DNA of 61,487 nucleotides, filler included, from Choristocarpus tenellus KU-1152 (lineage: Eukaryota > Protista > Phaeophyceae), in assembly GCA_964200185.2 (NCBI GenBank). It is 7 parts of 7 records of this genome, joined end to end, with 100 filler letters (N's around TTAATTAATTAA, not from the genome) between each part and the next. Parts side by side here need not be neighbours in the genome. Positions count along the whole stretch, not along the records: positions 10,181 to 22,524 come from CAXNAD020001869.1; positions 22,625 to 38,173 come from CAXNAD020000976.1; 5 more parts are not named here. The stretch is one strand, 5' to 3'. Below the pieces are notes generated by a model. It did not search any database and was not told the origin of the DNA. It saw only the letters and a list, made by a program, of their open reading frames with translations. This document shows positions 11,418 through 23,506 of the stretch, piece after piece. Numbering within the stretch: position 1 is the first letter of the stretch; each line of letters begins with the position of its first letter. Both the position numbers and the translations under genes were made by a program.

Positions 11418-14400
11418 CTGCTGATGGTTACGAAGATAAGCTTCCATGGCCGCCCTTCGATTCTCTCCCAGGGGTGTACCAGTAACATGGAAGGCGATAA
11501 TGACCCCTGGCATCAGGAACATTGGCCCGCCGTAGTCGCCTGCCCAGTGGCCGTCATCGCCCTGGAGCATCTGTTAAGTGTATACTTCGTTTTTTTAATG
11601 ATGTGTTGTTATAGAGCCGGTGCTATAGAGCCGGTGCACAAAGTAGGATGAGAGATTGTGACATACCTTGAGAGGGACTGACACCTGTCCTTTACTAAGC
11701 GGAACTGAACAACGCATAACATCTCACGTTTAAGCACTACAAAGCAGGTTTGTATCAACGCTACACCATGGCTCGTACAGGTGTTTTTGTTCAACTTAAG
11801 TTTATTCAGGACCTGTCCTACTATAATCAGGTGAGCATGGGATGGACCCGGAGGAGAGTTTTCTTGAGTAAACGTTACACATTCTTGTGTGTTTATTATT
11901 ATTATTATGTTTATTATTATTATTATGTTTATTATTATTATTATGTTTATTATTATTCCCTACCGCATTGAGATTACAAAATATTTATGTATATATATAT
12001 ATATATATACATATATATCCTATCCCAAAAAGTATGCACTATTTTGACTTCTCTGTGCATAGAAAAACACAATGTAACAGTCTCCTTCAAAGAGAGCAAC
12101 TTTTAACTTTTTTCTTTTTCTGCCATTCCCCGAAACTCGATGCTATCAAAAAAGAAAATGTGACAGAACACCAAAAGCGACTGAATATCGTTCTTGCTTC
12201 CAATTACAGATTTTGTCTCTTATTTAGTTCTGTGTCTTATTTAGTTCTGTGTCCGCAAGGTGTCCCTCTCTCTCGATCAAGTGATTTTCTTAACAACAAA
12301 AATTAGGGAGATCAAATTCTCATTCTCTCCATATATATATATATATATATTAAGTCGGGCATTCTCACAGATGAAAAATTATTTCTTTTTTTATGACGTA
12401 CTGAAATTGAAATCGGTTCAACTCGTTCATAAAAGGATGCGAGGCGTGCAAGGAGTGATGACGGGAACATACAAAATTCGATGAGGCCGACAGCAACAAG
12501 ATGTTTTTTGTGTTGACAAATGTAGACATTGAGGACAGCGACCCCTTTTCACCATATGGCAGCGTGAAGTCATATTATGATTGATTTATTTATTTTTTAA
12601 TTAAAAAGAAATATTGAAAACGGCAACACTCATTTGTTCAAAAAAAATATGAGGGTTACATTCTATGTCCTCACACTGCCCAGTGAAAAACTGGCAGCAC
12701 TTTTTTTGCCAATAACAACAGCCCTAATCCTCATCACTATACAGCAGCACCTCCTACTGTCCCAACTCCTGTCCTGTCACTATTCTGAATGGAAAAAAAG
12801 CTTTTTTTTAATTTGGTCAATTGTTTTTTTCAAACAAACGATTTGCGTGACAGGATCGTCCTTTAAAAAATTACTACTTATTTTCAAATAAAGAGTCTAC
12901 AGATATCACGAAGAGAAAAGACTTCCAAGAACTACTACAAAGAAAAAAAAAACACAAGGCGTGCTCGATAAGCATGCCATTGCCACATATACCGCATGTG
13001 TTGGAATATACTTTTAATAGTAAATCGAACACAGTGCATAAAACAATGGCTGTGCCAATTGAACCATATATGCATATAAATACATACATATATATATATA
13101 TTGTACATTAGTGAACAAACATTCCTTGCACTAGGATAGAATGGTAGTAAATGCAACACATCTATGTATATATTTACCTCACAGGGATTCAGTTACTACA
13201 GTCCAAGAAACAAGTCCATGCACCACTCCTTGTGCCAATGCAACTGCGCCTTCCCCCCTCCACATCCTCCTCCCCTCCCCCTACCACAAGACTCTCCAAG
13301 CATCCCACAGGAATCAGCTAAGGAGCCCAGACACCGACAACAACCCTGTAACACACAGTACATGGCACAACACCCGGTACAATATGTACGCTTTGTATTT
13401 CATCCCCCTACATCACCGGGTAGAAACCACCCTGTTCTACACATACACATTACTCTTGTTTGTGTACCTCCCTCAAGTATCATCTATCTACTATGTGGCT
13501 AACGCTACACTGTACTCCTTTCTTGCTTCCATACCCCTCACCTGATAAAATGCGATGCCCTTGCGAGCAGCTTCGATGCATGTCTCCGGGACACTGTCAG
13601 GGTCTGGTCGAGCTCCCTTCCACCTGGAGAGCTGTGTCGTGCGTGTGAACAGAAGTTGATATTTCAGGTGTTGGGTATCACAGAGAAGACAAAACTCCCC
13701 AAAGAAGCTTAGCCTTACAGGGATAAGAGCTGATGTTACATTATGAAGGCTGTGATCAGTGAAAAATTAAGTGACGTCAAGGCTAGGGTTAGGGATAGGC
13801 TTGGCCATGAGGTTAATGTTAGGGATAGAGTTGGTGTGAAGGTTAGTGCAAGGGACAGAGTAGATGTAAATTTTTAGGGTTAAGGTTAGGGTTAGGGTTA
13901 GGGTTAGGGTTACGGCTGGATTATATATGAAGGAACGGCTACGAAGAGAGCTGGAAGGGAGGCGTAGGAATAGAACTGATGAAAGGATTAAGGAAAGGCA
14001 TATAGGGTGTGATCGTAATCAAGGTTAATGGTTGAGGGTGGTACAAAGCTAAGGTTCATCTTTCAAGGTTGAAGGATTTACGTTTAGATGGTGAAGGATA
14101 CTCATACAGGGGGTTAGGGTCAGGTTCATCTTTGAAATTAGGAAAAGGATGCAGGATGGGGCTATGATAAGTAAAATGATTTGAGGTTGAGGTAAGGGAT
14201 AAGGTAACAAATAGGCCGAGTGAAGGCTAGGGTTATGGGTCAAATAATCAAAGGTTCAGGAGGGGTAGAGGGTTAAGAGGTAGTATTAGATAGTATTCCA
14301 TGCTCAGTTGTAGGAATAGTGCTAGGATGAGGATGGCAGACACTGTAAAAGCTAGGGCCAATCTAACCTACAGGTTGGGCACAGTACTAGGTCAAGTTTA

Positions 14401-15669
14401 GGGCAGGTCCTTGAGTTTACCTGTCTACCACAAAGACTTGAGAGGCAGCAGTACAGTACACATGAGGGAGTGCTAAGGGTGAAAAAAATGTTGAATCGAT
14501 TCAAAAAGCAATTGGTGTTAGGGTTGAGGTTGAAAAAGTTCATTAAAAAAATAGCGGTACTATCATTACCAATAAATTCCAAACAAGCAACTAGATCATT
14601 GATGTATACACTCGCAATCAAAACTCACTACTGCACAGCAGTACTGTTACATTCAACATACTTATTTTTACAAATGCTATCCATTATTCACGTATGTAGA
14701 TATTGGTTAATACAAAAATTTATCCATATTTCATGTTGATCGTACATATATATACAGGCAAAAGAAGGGGCACGATATTGATATTGAAATCTTACTCGCT
14801 GATGTCGGAGCAACTTGTCACTCGAGTTGGGGTTCACAGATGGGTTGAATGTCAATTCCTCATCTTCCACCGCCCCTGTGGCCTTTGAAGTCACCCTTTC
14901 CCCTGTGCCGAGCCTGTCCCACATCTGTCTGCCTGGTGCACCACCAAGCAGGTTGAGCTTGCCGTCCCAAAGATCATTTGTTCTTCTATGTGAATCCTCT
15001 GCCTCTAAGAACGTCCACCCAGAAGGGAGAGAGGTTGTCTTATCCCCCCACTTGCCCCTGAATGAAGGAGAAGTTGGGGTGGCCAGACATTGAGGTTTGC
15101 TTCAGTACCGATACAGAAAGGGAGCCATTCAAGTGGGTTGTACCACGATGGTAGCCAGTGAGGCAGGTTGGATCAACGTTGCTGACCACGCACTTAGCCT
15201 GAAAGCAAACCAGTGCGCGTCTTCAAGGAGGAAGAGCCAATAATATGGAGCCCTGCTCTTGAACAACATCGTCTCACGAATAAGCTCATTTGATCAAGGG
15301 ATTAATGTGGGAAACACCTTCATAGGTACTCGAACAGGAATGGTAGCCCTTAGCGGGTAATGGGACAGTACGAATCTTCGCATCAGTACTGTTCGCCAAT
15401 GCCTCTGCAAAAGCACAATAAGGAAGATTTGTTTTGCAAAATGCAGCAGTGCTCTACCTTCGTTCTAGGCGTTGTGGAATTCCATCTCCTGGGTAGGCGA
15501 TGGGGGAAATGTAGTAGTACCAGTCGCGTACATGATGGATCCAGGCCCAGCGCACCAGTGGTAAGGCAACAACTGCCACAGTCCTTACAAAGAAGACACA
15601 AGGAATGGAAACAGATTCAAAGAGGGACGAGGTGGTCGGGGCTGCTGTAGATGGGATAGCTGGATCCAT
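11418..15669 (-). CDS. CAS1: 2,3-oxidosqualene cyclase (probably cycloartenol synthase), first four exons; remainder beyond contig end
   Basis: Exons: 15669-15458 (MDPAIPST...PQRLER, phase 2), 15057-14796 (...GGAPGRQMW...FNPSVNPNSSDKLLRHQR), 13631-13542 (LSRWKG...AARKGIAFYQ), 11570-11418 (MLQGDDGHWAGDYGGPMFLMPGVIIAFHVTG...YLRNHQQ|gtagga). Phases are all compatible. GRQxW and LQxxDGHWxGDYGGPMFLxPG are OSC signatures. CAS versus LAS cannot be fixed because the product-determining residues are off-contig. Confidence 0.93.
11890..11957. repeat. 18-bp tandem repeat of (TTA)n-TGT, followed by an (AT)n tract, intronic
   Basis: gtttattattattattat repeated 4 times; (ta)n at about 11990-12018. Confidence 0.85.
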
Positions 15670-16326
15670 AGGACCTCAGGGCAAACTCAAACTAGTCCGA
15701 TTGGTCGGGGTAGAGACTGGTAGATTGACCAAACCAGAGATTTCACCTCAGCTACTGTGAAATAGTCAACGACTGTCAAAATAGAGAACAGAACACGCGC
15801 TTGTTCAACGGTAGGAGGGTTCCTATTCCTAGCCCAGGTACTTGTCGCATGTACCAAGAGAATGCGGCAATCTACTCTATCACCACCAGGGTGCCCATGG
15901 AAAAATGCACCAAACAAACTACACGCTTCTTCGAGAACGTATACGCACATCTCGCAACATATGGAGAGAGTGACAAGGACATGCCAACAACAGCTGACAT
16001 GACAACCACAGAACAAAGAGGATTAGGACATTTCTACACCAGATCTCACCCCCAAAGGACAGCAGACTCGATCATCTCCTCGCGCACTAGGCCACAACCA
16101 TGGAATATACGCACCGAACACTATCCACGATATCGAAGGAACCAGAGGTTGGGTGAAAAGGTTTGCAGAGGGCTACAAACAAGTCACCAAAACTTGCAGG
16201 TGAAATTGATAGAAATAGAAAGGTTCAGGAAGAGAGGAAGAAGGTACATATTCGTTCAAATATCTAACGCTTCGACATTTTAAGAACTCCAGTGTGAAGG
16301 TTGACCTACAACGCAATTGTGTGAAG
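15670..16326. promoter_or_regulatory. Candidate bidirectional promoter and 5'UTRs between the OSC and N6AMT1 genes
   Basis: 657 bp between divergent ATGs (15669 on -, 16327 on +). No recognisable repeats. No specific element identified. Confidence 0.55.
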
Positions 16327-19300
16327 ATGGCAACGGTACCTGACCTGGACCACTTTGACTATCGAGAGTACGAGGAGTTTTATGAGCCAAGAGAGGACAC
16401 ATATCTCCTCATCGACGCTCTCCAGGAAGATGCTGACCAAATACGGAACGTCTGCCCAAATATCTGCCTCGAGATAGGGTGAGAGATTTCTAGTCTCACG
16501 TGCCATTGCTTACAACTCTTGCGTATTCAGTCGGAGATTGCAGTTTATGCGTTCACATCGATATGGAGAAAGTATTGTCTTCTCTGACATCCATCCTATA
16601 TCTTGTGGTGGTGTTCCTGATTGAATGTCGTTGTAATGTGATACATTTGTTCCAAGTCTGGTACGGCACTAGCTCTAATCTTCAACCGTTTTCAAGCTCT
16701 CGGCGAATTTTCCACGCCCCAGACCGGGAAGTGGCGCTGTAATTGCCTTTGTGTGCTCCCTGCTTCGAGATGGGGAAGGAAAAAACAATGGGCAGACACT
16801 CTTCCTGGCGGCTGATATTAATCCTCAGGCAGCAGAGGCTTCCTTGCGAACAGCAAGAGCTAATAAGGTACTTGTCATCCGCTCCCTTCTCGTTTTCTGT
16901 AGTTAACGTGGATCTAGACTGATATGTTTTGATAGAATAGGAGTGTTGGAAAGCCTATCAGCTGCACATGTTTACGCTGGAAGATGTGTTGGTTGTTATT
17001 TGTGGCGATAGTTCCAACACCATTTTCCGACAACGAAAGTTCGCTTGTGGGCGCTATGAAAAATGTGGTTTGACGTTGACACAATGTGCGAAAAATATAT
17101 ACGAACATGTCGTTAATACTTTGGCTCAACCATTAGTGCTTTCTGAGTCACTTTTCGCGCATGTTGAGCTTGCGACTTTGTGTTGGCTACCCTTAACTCT
17201 TATCTTAAGCTCATTTTTTCATCCTGGGAGATATCCTACTCACGAGTTCAGAAGCCATTGCATCGCTTCTTCTCTGCATTAGAAACAGCGCCAGTCCAAA
17301 CAGGAGTTCACTTGTCCCTTCTTCTGATCATTCTATGCAATTTAGGATCCTGATTGGATTTGTGTATTTCGGTCCTAGGTACCACCGAATCTACTCGATA
17401 CCATTTACTGGGAAACAAATATCTCCTGTAGGAAGCTCTAAGCCTTTGAACCCTCTTCCATCAGAGTATACAACATTCTACACTTGATGAGCATGGCAAG
17501 AACGGTTCCTGCACAACGGACACCCAAGAGCCTGTTAGGTTCCTTTCATTTGTTCCAAGATGGGACCAGCGTAAGAGTATAAAGGTCTTGCTAAAGGTTA
17601 ATAAAAAACTCAGAACATGAATCATACCTCATGTTCATTTTTGTAGGGAATTCCTTGACGTAATAAATCCTGCATTCCCATAATTGTACCCACACAACAC
17701 CTCCCTCTTCTGTGTACACAACAGGTGGAACCCTATGAAGTGGTATGCTGTGACCTTGCTCTATGCATGACGAACGGATTGCAGGGTAGAGTAGACATTC
17801 TCCTCTTTAACCCACCGTATGTGCCGACACCATCAGAGGAGGTGGGATCAATGTGAGACGACCCCACAACTCCCTACACCTCGACAGCGAGTGTCCATTC
17901 CCCCATCCCTCTTGCACACCTCCCCAGTGTGGTCTCCCTTCCCCCTCCTAAACCCAACTCGCTTTGCTCCCTTCTGGGTGTAAAGGCTTTTTCTATTAAT
18001 TTTCCCTTGTCTTCAGCTTTGGAGGAGCGGTGTAAATGATCCAATTAGGGCTAAGTTGTTGGTCCTGATGTTATTGCACGGATTTTTGTCCTGTCACTGT
18101 CCTCCTTGGGTGCTGTTGTGAGAGCTCTACACCATCCTGAGGAGGGCTAAGGCGCTTCTATGTGTTCTGAGTCTGAGGTACCCAGAGGCGCTACCTCAAG
18201 CATGTCAACAGTTGCTACAGAGATTTTTTGTCGCCTGGATTGATGTTATGTAGGTACTACAGCACTGTGTACTCGAAATACTCAACTAGTCTATACTATG
18301 CCGAAATGTTATTTTGCACACACAACTTCAGACTGCACTGGTTTTTGTTTTCTTCTTTCCCCCTCTCAAGAGTACTTTGCAGGAGATTGAGAACATTGAC
18401 TGTTTTCAGAACCCCTTCACTCAGCTTTTTTGTTTTCCTCGTTGAAGGGAATTTTGTTTCTCTAGTTATTTATTTGTGCGTGCGTGTGCATTGTGTCTGT
18501 GTGTGTCTGTGTGAAGCATTCGCACTGATGTGCGAAGAAAGAGTCATTAGCCCAGCTGAGTGAGCTGTGACAAACCAACTGGCAGTGCAACATAGGTTTG
18601 GTTCGTGACATCTCGGATTGCCCTTCTCAACACACTCTGCAGGGACATTGCATCCGCCTGGGCGGGGGGGAATCGAGGACGAGAAGTGATAGACAGATTC
18701 TTGCCACATGTCAAGGCAGGTGTTGCTTGCCGTCAGTCTGCCCTGCCGCTCCTGGCTCAAAATGCTTTCAATATCAAGAGTATATGTACTCAGGGATGTG
18801 AGGTGCTGGAATAGGAGTTGGGTTTAGGGTTTAAGGTTTGCGGCCAGGTGCTAGGGTTTATTCCGAAATAGATTGGTTGTGTTGAAGATGGCGTGTGGTG
18901 GTCCTGCCGAAAGTGCAGGCTGAGTTTTTTTTTTCCTACCGAGAACTAGTCCTCTAGTGTACCGGTGGATAGTGCACACCTCCGAACCTAATACAATTTA
19001 TTTGATGTGCTTGCTTAACTGAGCATATGATGCTAATCGTACTGCAGCACCGCTTTATTGATAGGAGTACAAGGCAGAAAGTATCAGACTTAGGATTAGT
19101 TTGCTTTGGAGGGGGAGTGTGATCCAGCAGATGATACTATTGTGTTGCGGCTTACTTAATTGTGGTGGAGTTAAGGTGGTTTCTAACCCTGGTTTATCCA
19201 TTCCAATTCTTTGTGACGATTTTGGGGGGGGGAATCAGGGATGAACAGGGGTATAGAATTTTAGCATGTAATATCATTCCTGCCTCAGAGGAAGTGGTGC

Positions 19301-20111
19301 CATAAGCTCTGTGGATCTAGCTCCAATATTATCTCCTGCATGTATTACAGACCATTAGCCACAAGCATCTATTGTGAAAGTGCATGACGCTCCAATTGTG
19401 AACCTCCCCCATTACCTCTCTCTATAACAGACTCTATGTACTAACATACAATATGGTGCTTTTTTCAATCTCTCATTCACCTGTTTTGGAAATAATAACC
19501 TAAATTAGTTGGTTGTGTTAGGTAAAATCCCTTTAGGTGTGATTGCTCGATGTCCATATGTGCATGAAGATATCAACTCCTTGCTTGCCGCCTAGTGAGC
19601 ACTTCTTCCTCCAGCATCCTGTGTGATCCGCTCTGGGAATCCCACATCTTATTTTTCTGTGCTGGACAGGATCTTTTGAGTCGCAAGGGCTACTTCTACC
19701 TGGTTGTGGTTGAGGAAAACGTTCCAGAGGAGATAATGAAGACAATGACAAACCAAGGGATGGAGGCAAAGGTTAGTTTGAGGCTGGGAGTATGGCAAAG
19801 CTGATTATGGAATGGTTGACCCGATTCATTGCATTTCCAGAAGGAACGCTTAACTACCGTGATGTCAACTCTTTGTGTTTGTGCACTGTGCTCCATGTAA
19901 CCCAACATTTCTCATTGTTTCGATTATTTTTAGGAACTCAGTTGCATTCATTGATGCCTCGTTTTTTTGGTGATTGCGGAAGGTGATCCTGCGAAATAGG
20001 GCCAAGAATGAGATGCTTTCGGTGATTAGAATACGGTGGCCGCAGGAACCCAGGGAGCCAACAGAGAGCAGTAGCTCAAGTTTAGAGCAAGCAGGATCCT
20101 CTAAAGCTTAG
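16327..20111 (+). CDS. N6AMT1: HemK2/N6AMT1/Mtq2 eRF1 glutamine N5-methyltransferase, complete, six exons
   Basis: Exons 16327-16478, 16723-16867, 17725-17852, 18643-18715, 19670-19771, 19983-20111. Spliced protein carries [23 protein letters not shown] (SAM motif I), [44 protein letters not shown] and RAKNEMLSV. Intron 4 requires a GC donor. Confidence 0.95.
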
Positions 20112-22524
20112 AAGTAGGGACAATGTTGCTTTAATGCGCTACCCACCAGGAATTGCTGAGAGCAAAACTACTGTAGTTTCCAAAAGCAAGGTGAAAAAGG
20201 TAATGCCCACTCTCCTTTACGGAAGTGACGATCACTGTTGTTACAGAAGTCCCAACAAGAAAATGTGACCTCCCTGTTGACAAAAGATTGGACTTCGTTG
20301 GCCTTGTTGTCCTTCAAAATGGGGTGTGTCAAGTCATATAAGAGCAGCATCGGTCATGAAGTTTCAGGGGAACTGCATGGAAGTCTGCGTTATCTGTCAT
20401 CCAATACCCCGCCTGCCAAGAGGTTTTGTCAATATATTGGATCTTCTTCTGGCTACTGTCCGCTTTCTCATTGTCTGTTAAATCATTGCATGAAGATATG
20501 TTCTGGAGAATAGCTAACATTGTCGATTGGTCAAAGAGATGGGAAGTACACACTGGATACAACTTTGATGAGACTTGGTTCACACCTAGCACACCCATTG
20601 AAGTAGAGGATTGCTTCAGCAACATACAGGATGGCCCCCTTGGGCTGGTTCGTGTGTTTCCTCATAGCAAGAGGTAAATCAAGAGCTATATTTGAACAAA
20701 GAAAAAAAAGTTATTTCTCCCTCCTGCCAAAGGAGTTATTAGGACTCAAGCGCTTCAGCTACAACACTTGGAAATTATTCATCACTTTTGTCTCATTTCA
20801 CACAAAGGATATATGATGTATTCATGCTGCTGGGCAGCAGGCAGATATCTTTCATTTTGATTTAGCATGCTGCCTTGCCTGGCTTCTGTAACTAGAAGGG
20901 ACTGATTCTTGTCAACACAATCGAACCAATGGGTTGGGAATTAACTACTACCTAACCAAATGAGCACTATTGCCATGCAATATTTGCAGAGTAGAAGTCA
21001 CTGAGACACCATGTCAACAACAACAACAGAACAAAACATTTTGGGGTGCCCTTGTCACTTAAGTAGAACTTGTCACAACATCCACATTCACTGCTGAAGT
21101 TTGAACAAATGACCGCCCAGAGGTTCCTGACCGCATCAAACTGAATTACTCTACACTCTTCATGCAAATACCCTGGGAAAAATTCCACATTTCTTAGTTT
21201 TGAAACACTGGTTTGTGCCACACTTTTTAGGCCACGTGGAGGTTGACATTTGAAACATCAGACTTGCAATTACATTTAGTCATCGACTAATGTAGGTGTT
21301 CGTTGTATGAGACATGGCAGAACCTCTGCCTCACAATTTAGGTAAGCAACAGTAGATAGACAAAGAGTCTCCAACATCATGACCTTTCCCAAAGACTTGC
21401 TTGAAATGATCGAATCATATAACCTTGAGAGCCACAAGGCAAAAAAGTGCCATCACTGCATGATACAATGGGACATATTGTTAGTGATTATAGGTTACAA
21501 TTGAAACCTGTTTTTTGTACAACAGACCAAGTTCAACATGCATACAAGATGAGCAAAGCCACAAGATGCCACATGTTCCAGTTATCAGAATAGACGTCTT
21601 TCAGTAAAAAGAACGAAAATTCATCGACAGCACCCAGCAGTACTTGATCAAATAATCGTTAACCAGGGATGATCACACTCAAAGATATACTTTGATGCAA
21701 TTTCTTACTTCAGATTTAGCACATGCGCACTATAAAGTATGTGCGTATGCCGTCAGGAGGGAGTCAGTGGCAAAACACAACAGGAATCAACGAGAGGAAT
21801 AACTAACCTGACAATTATATCTACATCTGGCACAGTTGGTCACTGCGGCTGGGTTAAGCAATGCACGTGTTTCCACTTGAAGTGGAATTAGGGTTGAGAG
21901 TTGCCCAGATGCAGCACTGTGGGTTGGGTGCCAGCAATCAATGAGAGGTCGATTTCTATTTACACAAAAAAAATACTCCAGAACGACTACGTTGTGCTCC
22001 TCGTAAGATCGATGAACAGGGACGAGTAATTACATTGTCCTCTAGTAGCAGTTTGTGCAACACGACCAGTTAGGTCATCTACGAAATAAAACATAATCGA
22101 ACTATCAAAAGAAGTGCCACTTGATTGTATAACCATTGCACTATTTACATATTTACATAGTCTCACTTTTGTCTGGGGACTATGCCAAACCACAGTCAGA
22201 GGCACTTTACACTACGCTACATACTTCCCAAATCTACTGGAAGGAAACTTTACTTCTGCACTACAGCTAATTGTACTCCCTCTATTCATGCTGTGATTAT
22301 CACACATTGGGTTCAGCGATCCCACTACTCGTCATCACTCCACCTTCTCCCTCAAATCTTCTCCTGGACGCACCTTGAGGTTGTTACCTTGATCTTGGTC
22401 CGGCGTTTCTTGCAGTATATGTATATGTAGCAACAAGTAGGATAATAACGATATACAATCTGGTGCAATGTTATTTTGAATTGGATAATCAGGGTCAAAG
22501 TATCTTGGTAGGGTGGGGTGTTGA

Positions 22525-22624
22525 NNNNNNNNNNNNNNNNNNNNNNNNNNNNNNNNNNNNNNNNNNNNTTAATTAATTAANNNNNNNNNNNNNNNNNNNN
22601 NNNNNNNNNNNNNNNNNNNNNNNN
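22525..22624. other. Artificial contig-join linker
   Basis: N44-TTAATTAATTAA-N44. Confidence 0.98.
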
Positions 22625-22659
22625 GGAAGGCGTTTGAATCAAATTCGTAACAGGTATGA

Positions 22660-22849
22660 GGCTCAAATTATCTGTGGGGGGGGGGGTGGGGGGGGTCTAC
22701 ACCAGGGTGTCCATTCGGACCCTGACCAGAAGAAATGAACGTACATTATCCATCCAACGAATGCAACCAAACGACCAAAAAATCACAACATGGGAAAATG
22801 GGCGCCAAATGGACAGCCGTCACCCCCCTCCCCCCAGATACTTTGAGTC
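22660..22849. mobile_element. MITE family B (about 180 bp; TIR GRCYCAAAGTATCTGGGGGG)
   Basis: ggctcaaattatctg...ccagatactttgagtc, flanked by a perfect 4-bp direct repeat ATGA (22656-22659 and 22850-22853). Confidence 0.85.
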
Positions 22850-23506
22850 ATGAATGTCTGTGTATTCTAGCTTGAGGTTGAGATTGATCCATGGTCATGT
22901 CAAGAGGGTAATGGAGATTTAAAATGTACTCTATAGAATAGAAAATAAAGATATGCATTGAAAGTCAGACTGAGGGAGTTGGGAATATCAAAAGATTAGA
23001 ACAGTTGGGTGTCCTGAACATCCTGATGAGACAATGGGGTGCATGTGTCCTGCAAACTCCCCTTGATCGTTCTAAAAATCCCATCTCTCGAATGGGAACA
23101 GAGGAGTGGTAGGGCTTTGCAAGTCACGCATGCTCCTGTTTTTGAGAGGCACCCATATTGCAGAATCGAATCCCATTCCATCTTTCAAGCTCCACTCCCC
23201 CCCCTTGCCCATGCACACCTATAGCAAGGATCGGCGAGCTGAAAAAACATCACAACAACACCAACAACAACATCAACTAGAGAGGCAAGAGTACATGAAC
23301 CAAACCCTACATTCCACCACCAGCTGGTACAGCTCCTTTGGCAAAAAAATCCATGCAAGGAAAAAAAAACGTAACAAGGTGCAATATCAATTACAACACG
23401 GGAGAGTGGTGCTGCTTAAAATGTGCCTTCCTCAAGAGTGAAGGGGGCGACAGCAGCCCATGCGAAGGGATAGGGATAGAGTTAGGGTTAGGATTTCTCT
23501 TCTCAC

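Noticed and set aside
4152-15669. Sterol-related cluster (lipid-transfer protein next to OSC)
   Set aside because: The two genes are on different contigs separated by an artificial linker.
15801-16283. 160-aa ORF between the divergent genes
   Set aside because: It has a non-ATG start and no recognisable motif, and lies in the presumptive promoter/UTR interval.
22330-22415. Possible terminal exon on the minus strand (ETPDQDQGNNLKVRPGEDLREKVE*)
   Set aside because: The acceptor is weak, there are no partner exons in the contig and no motif.
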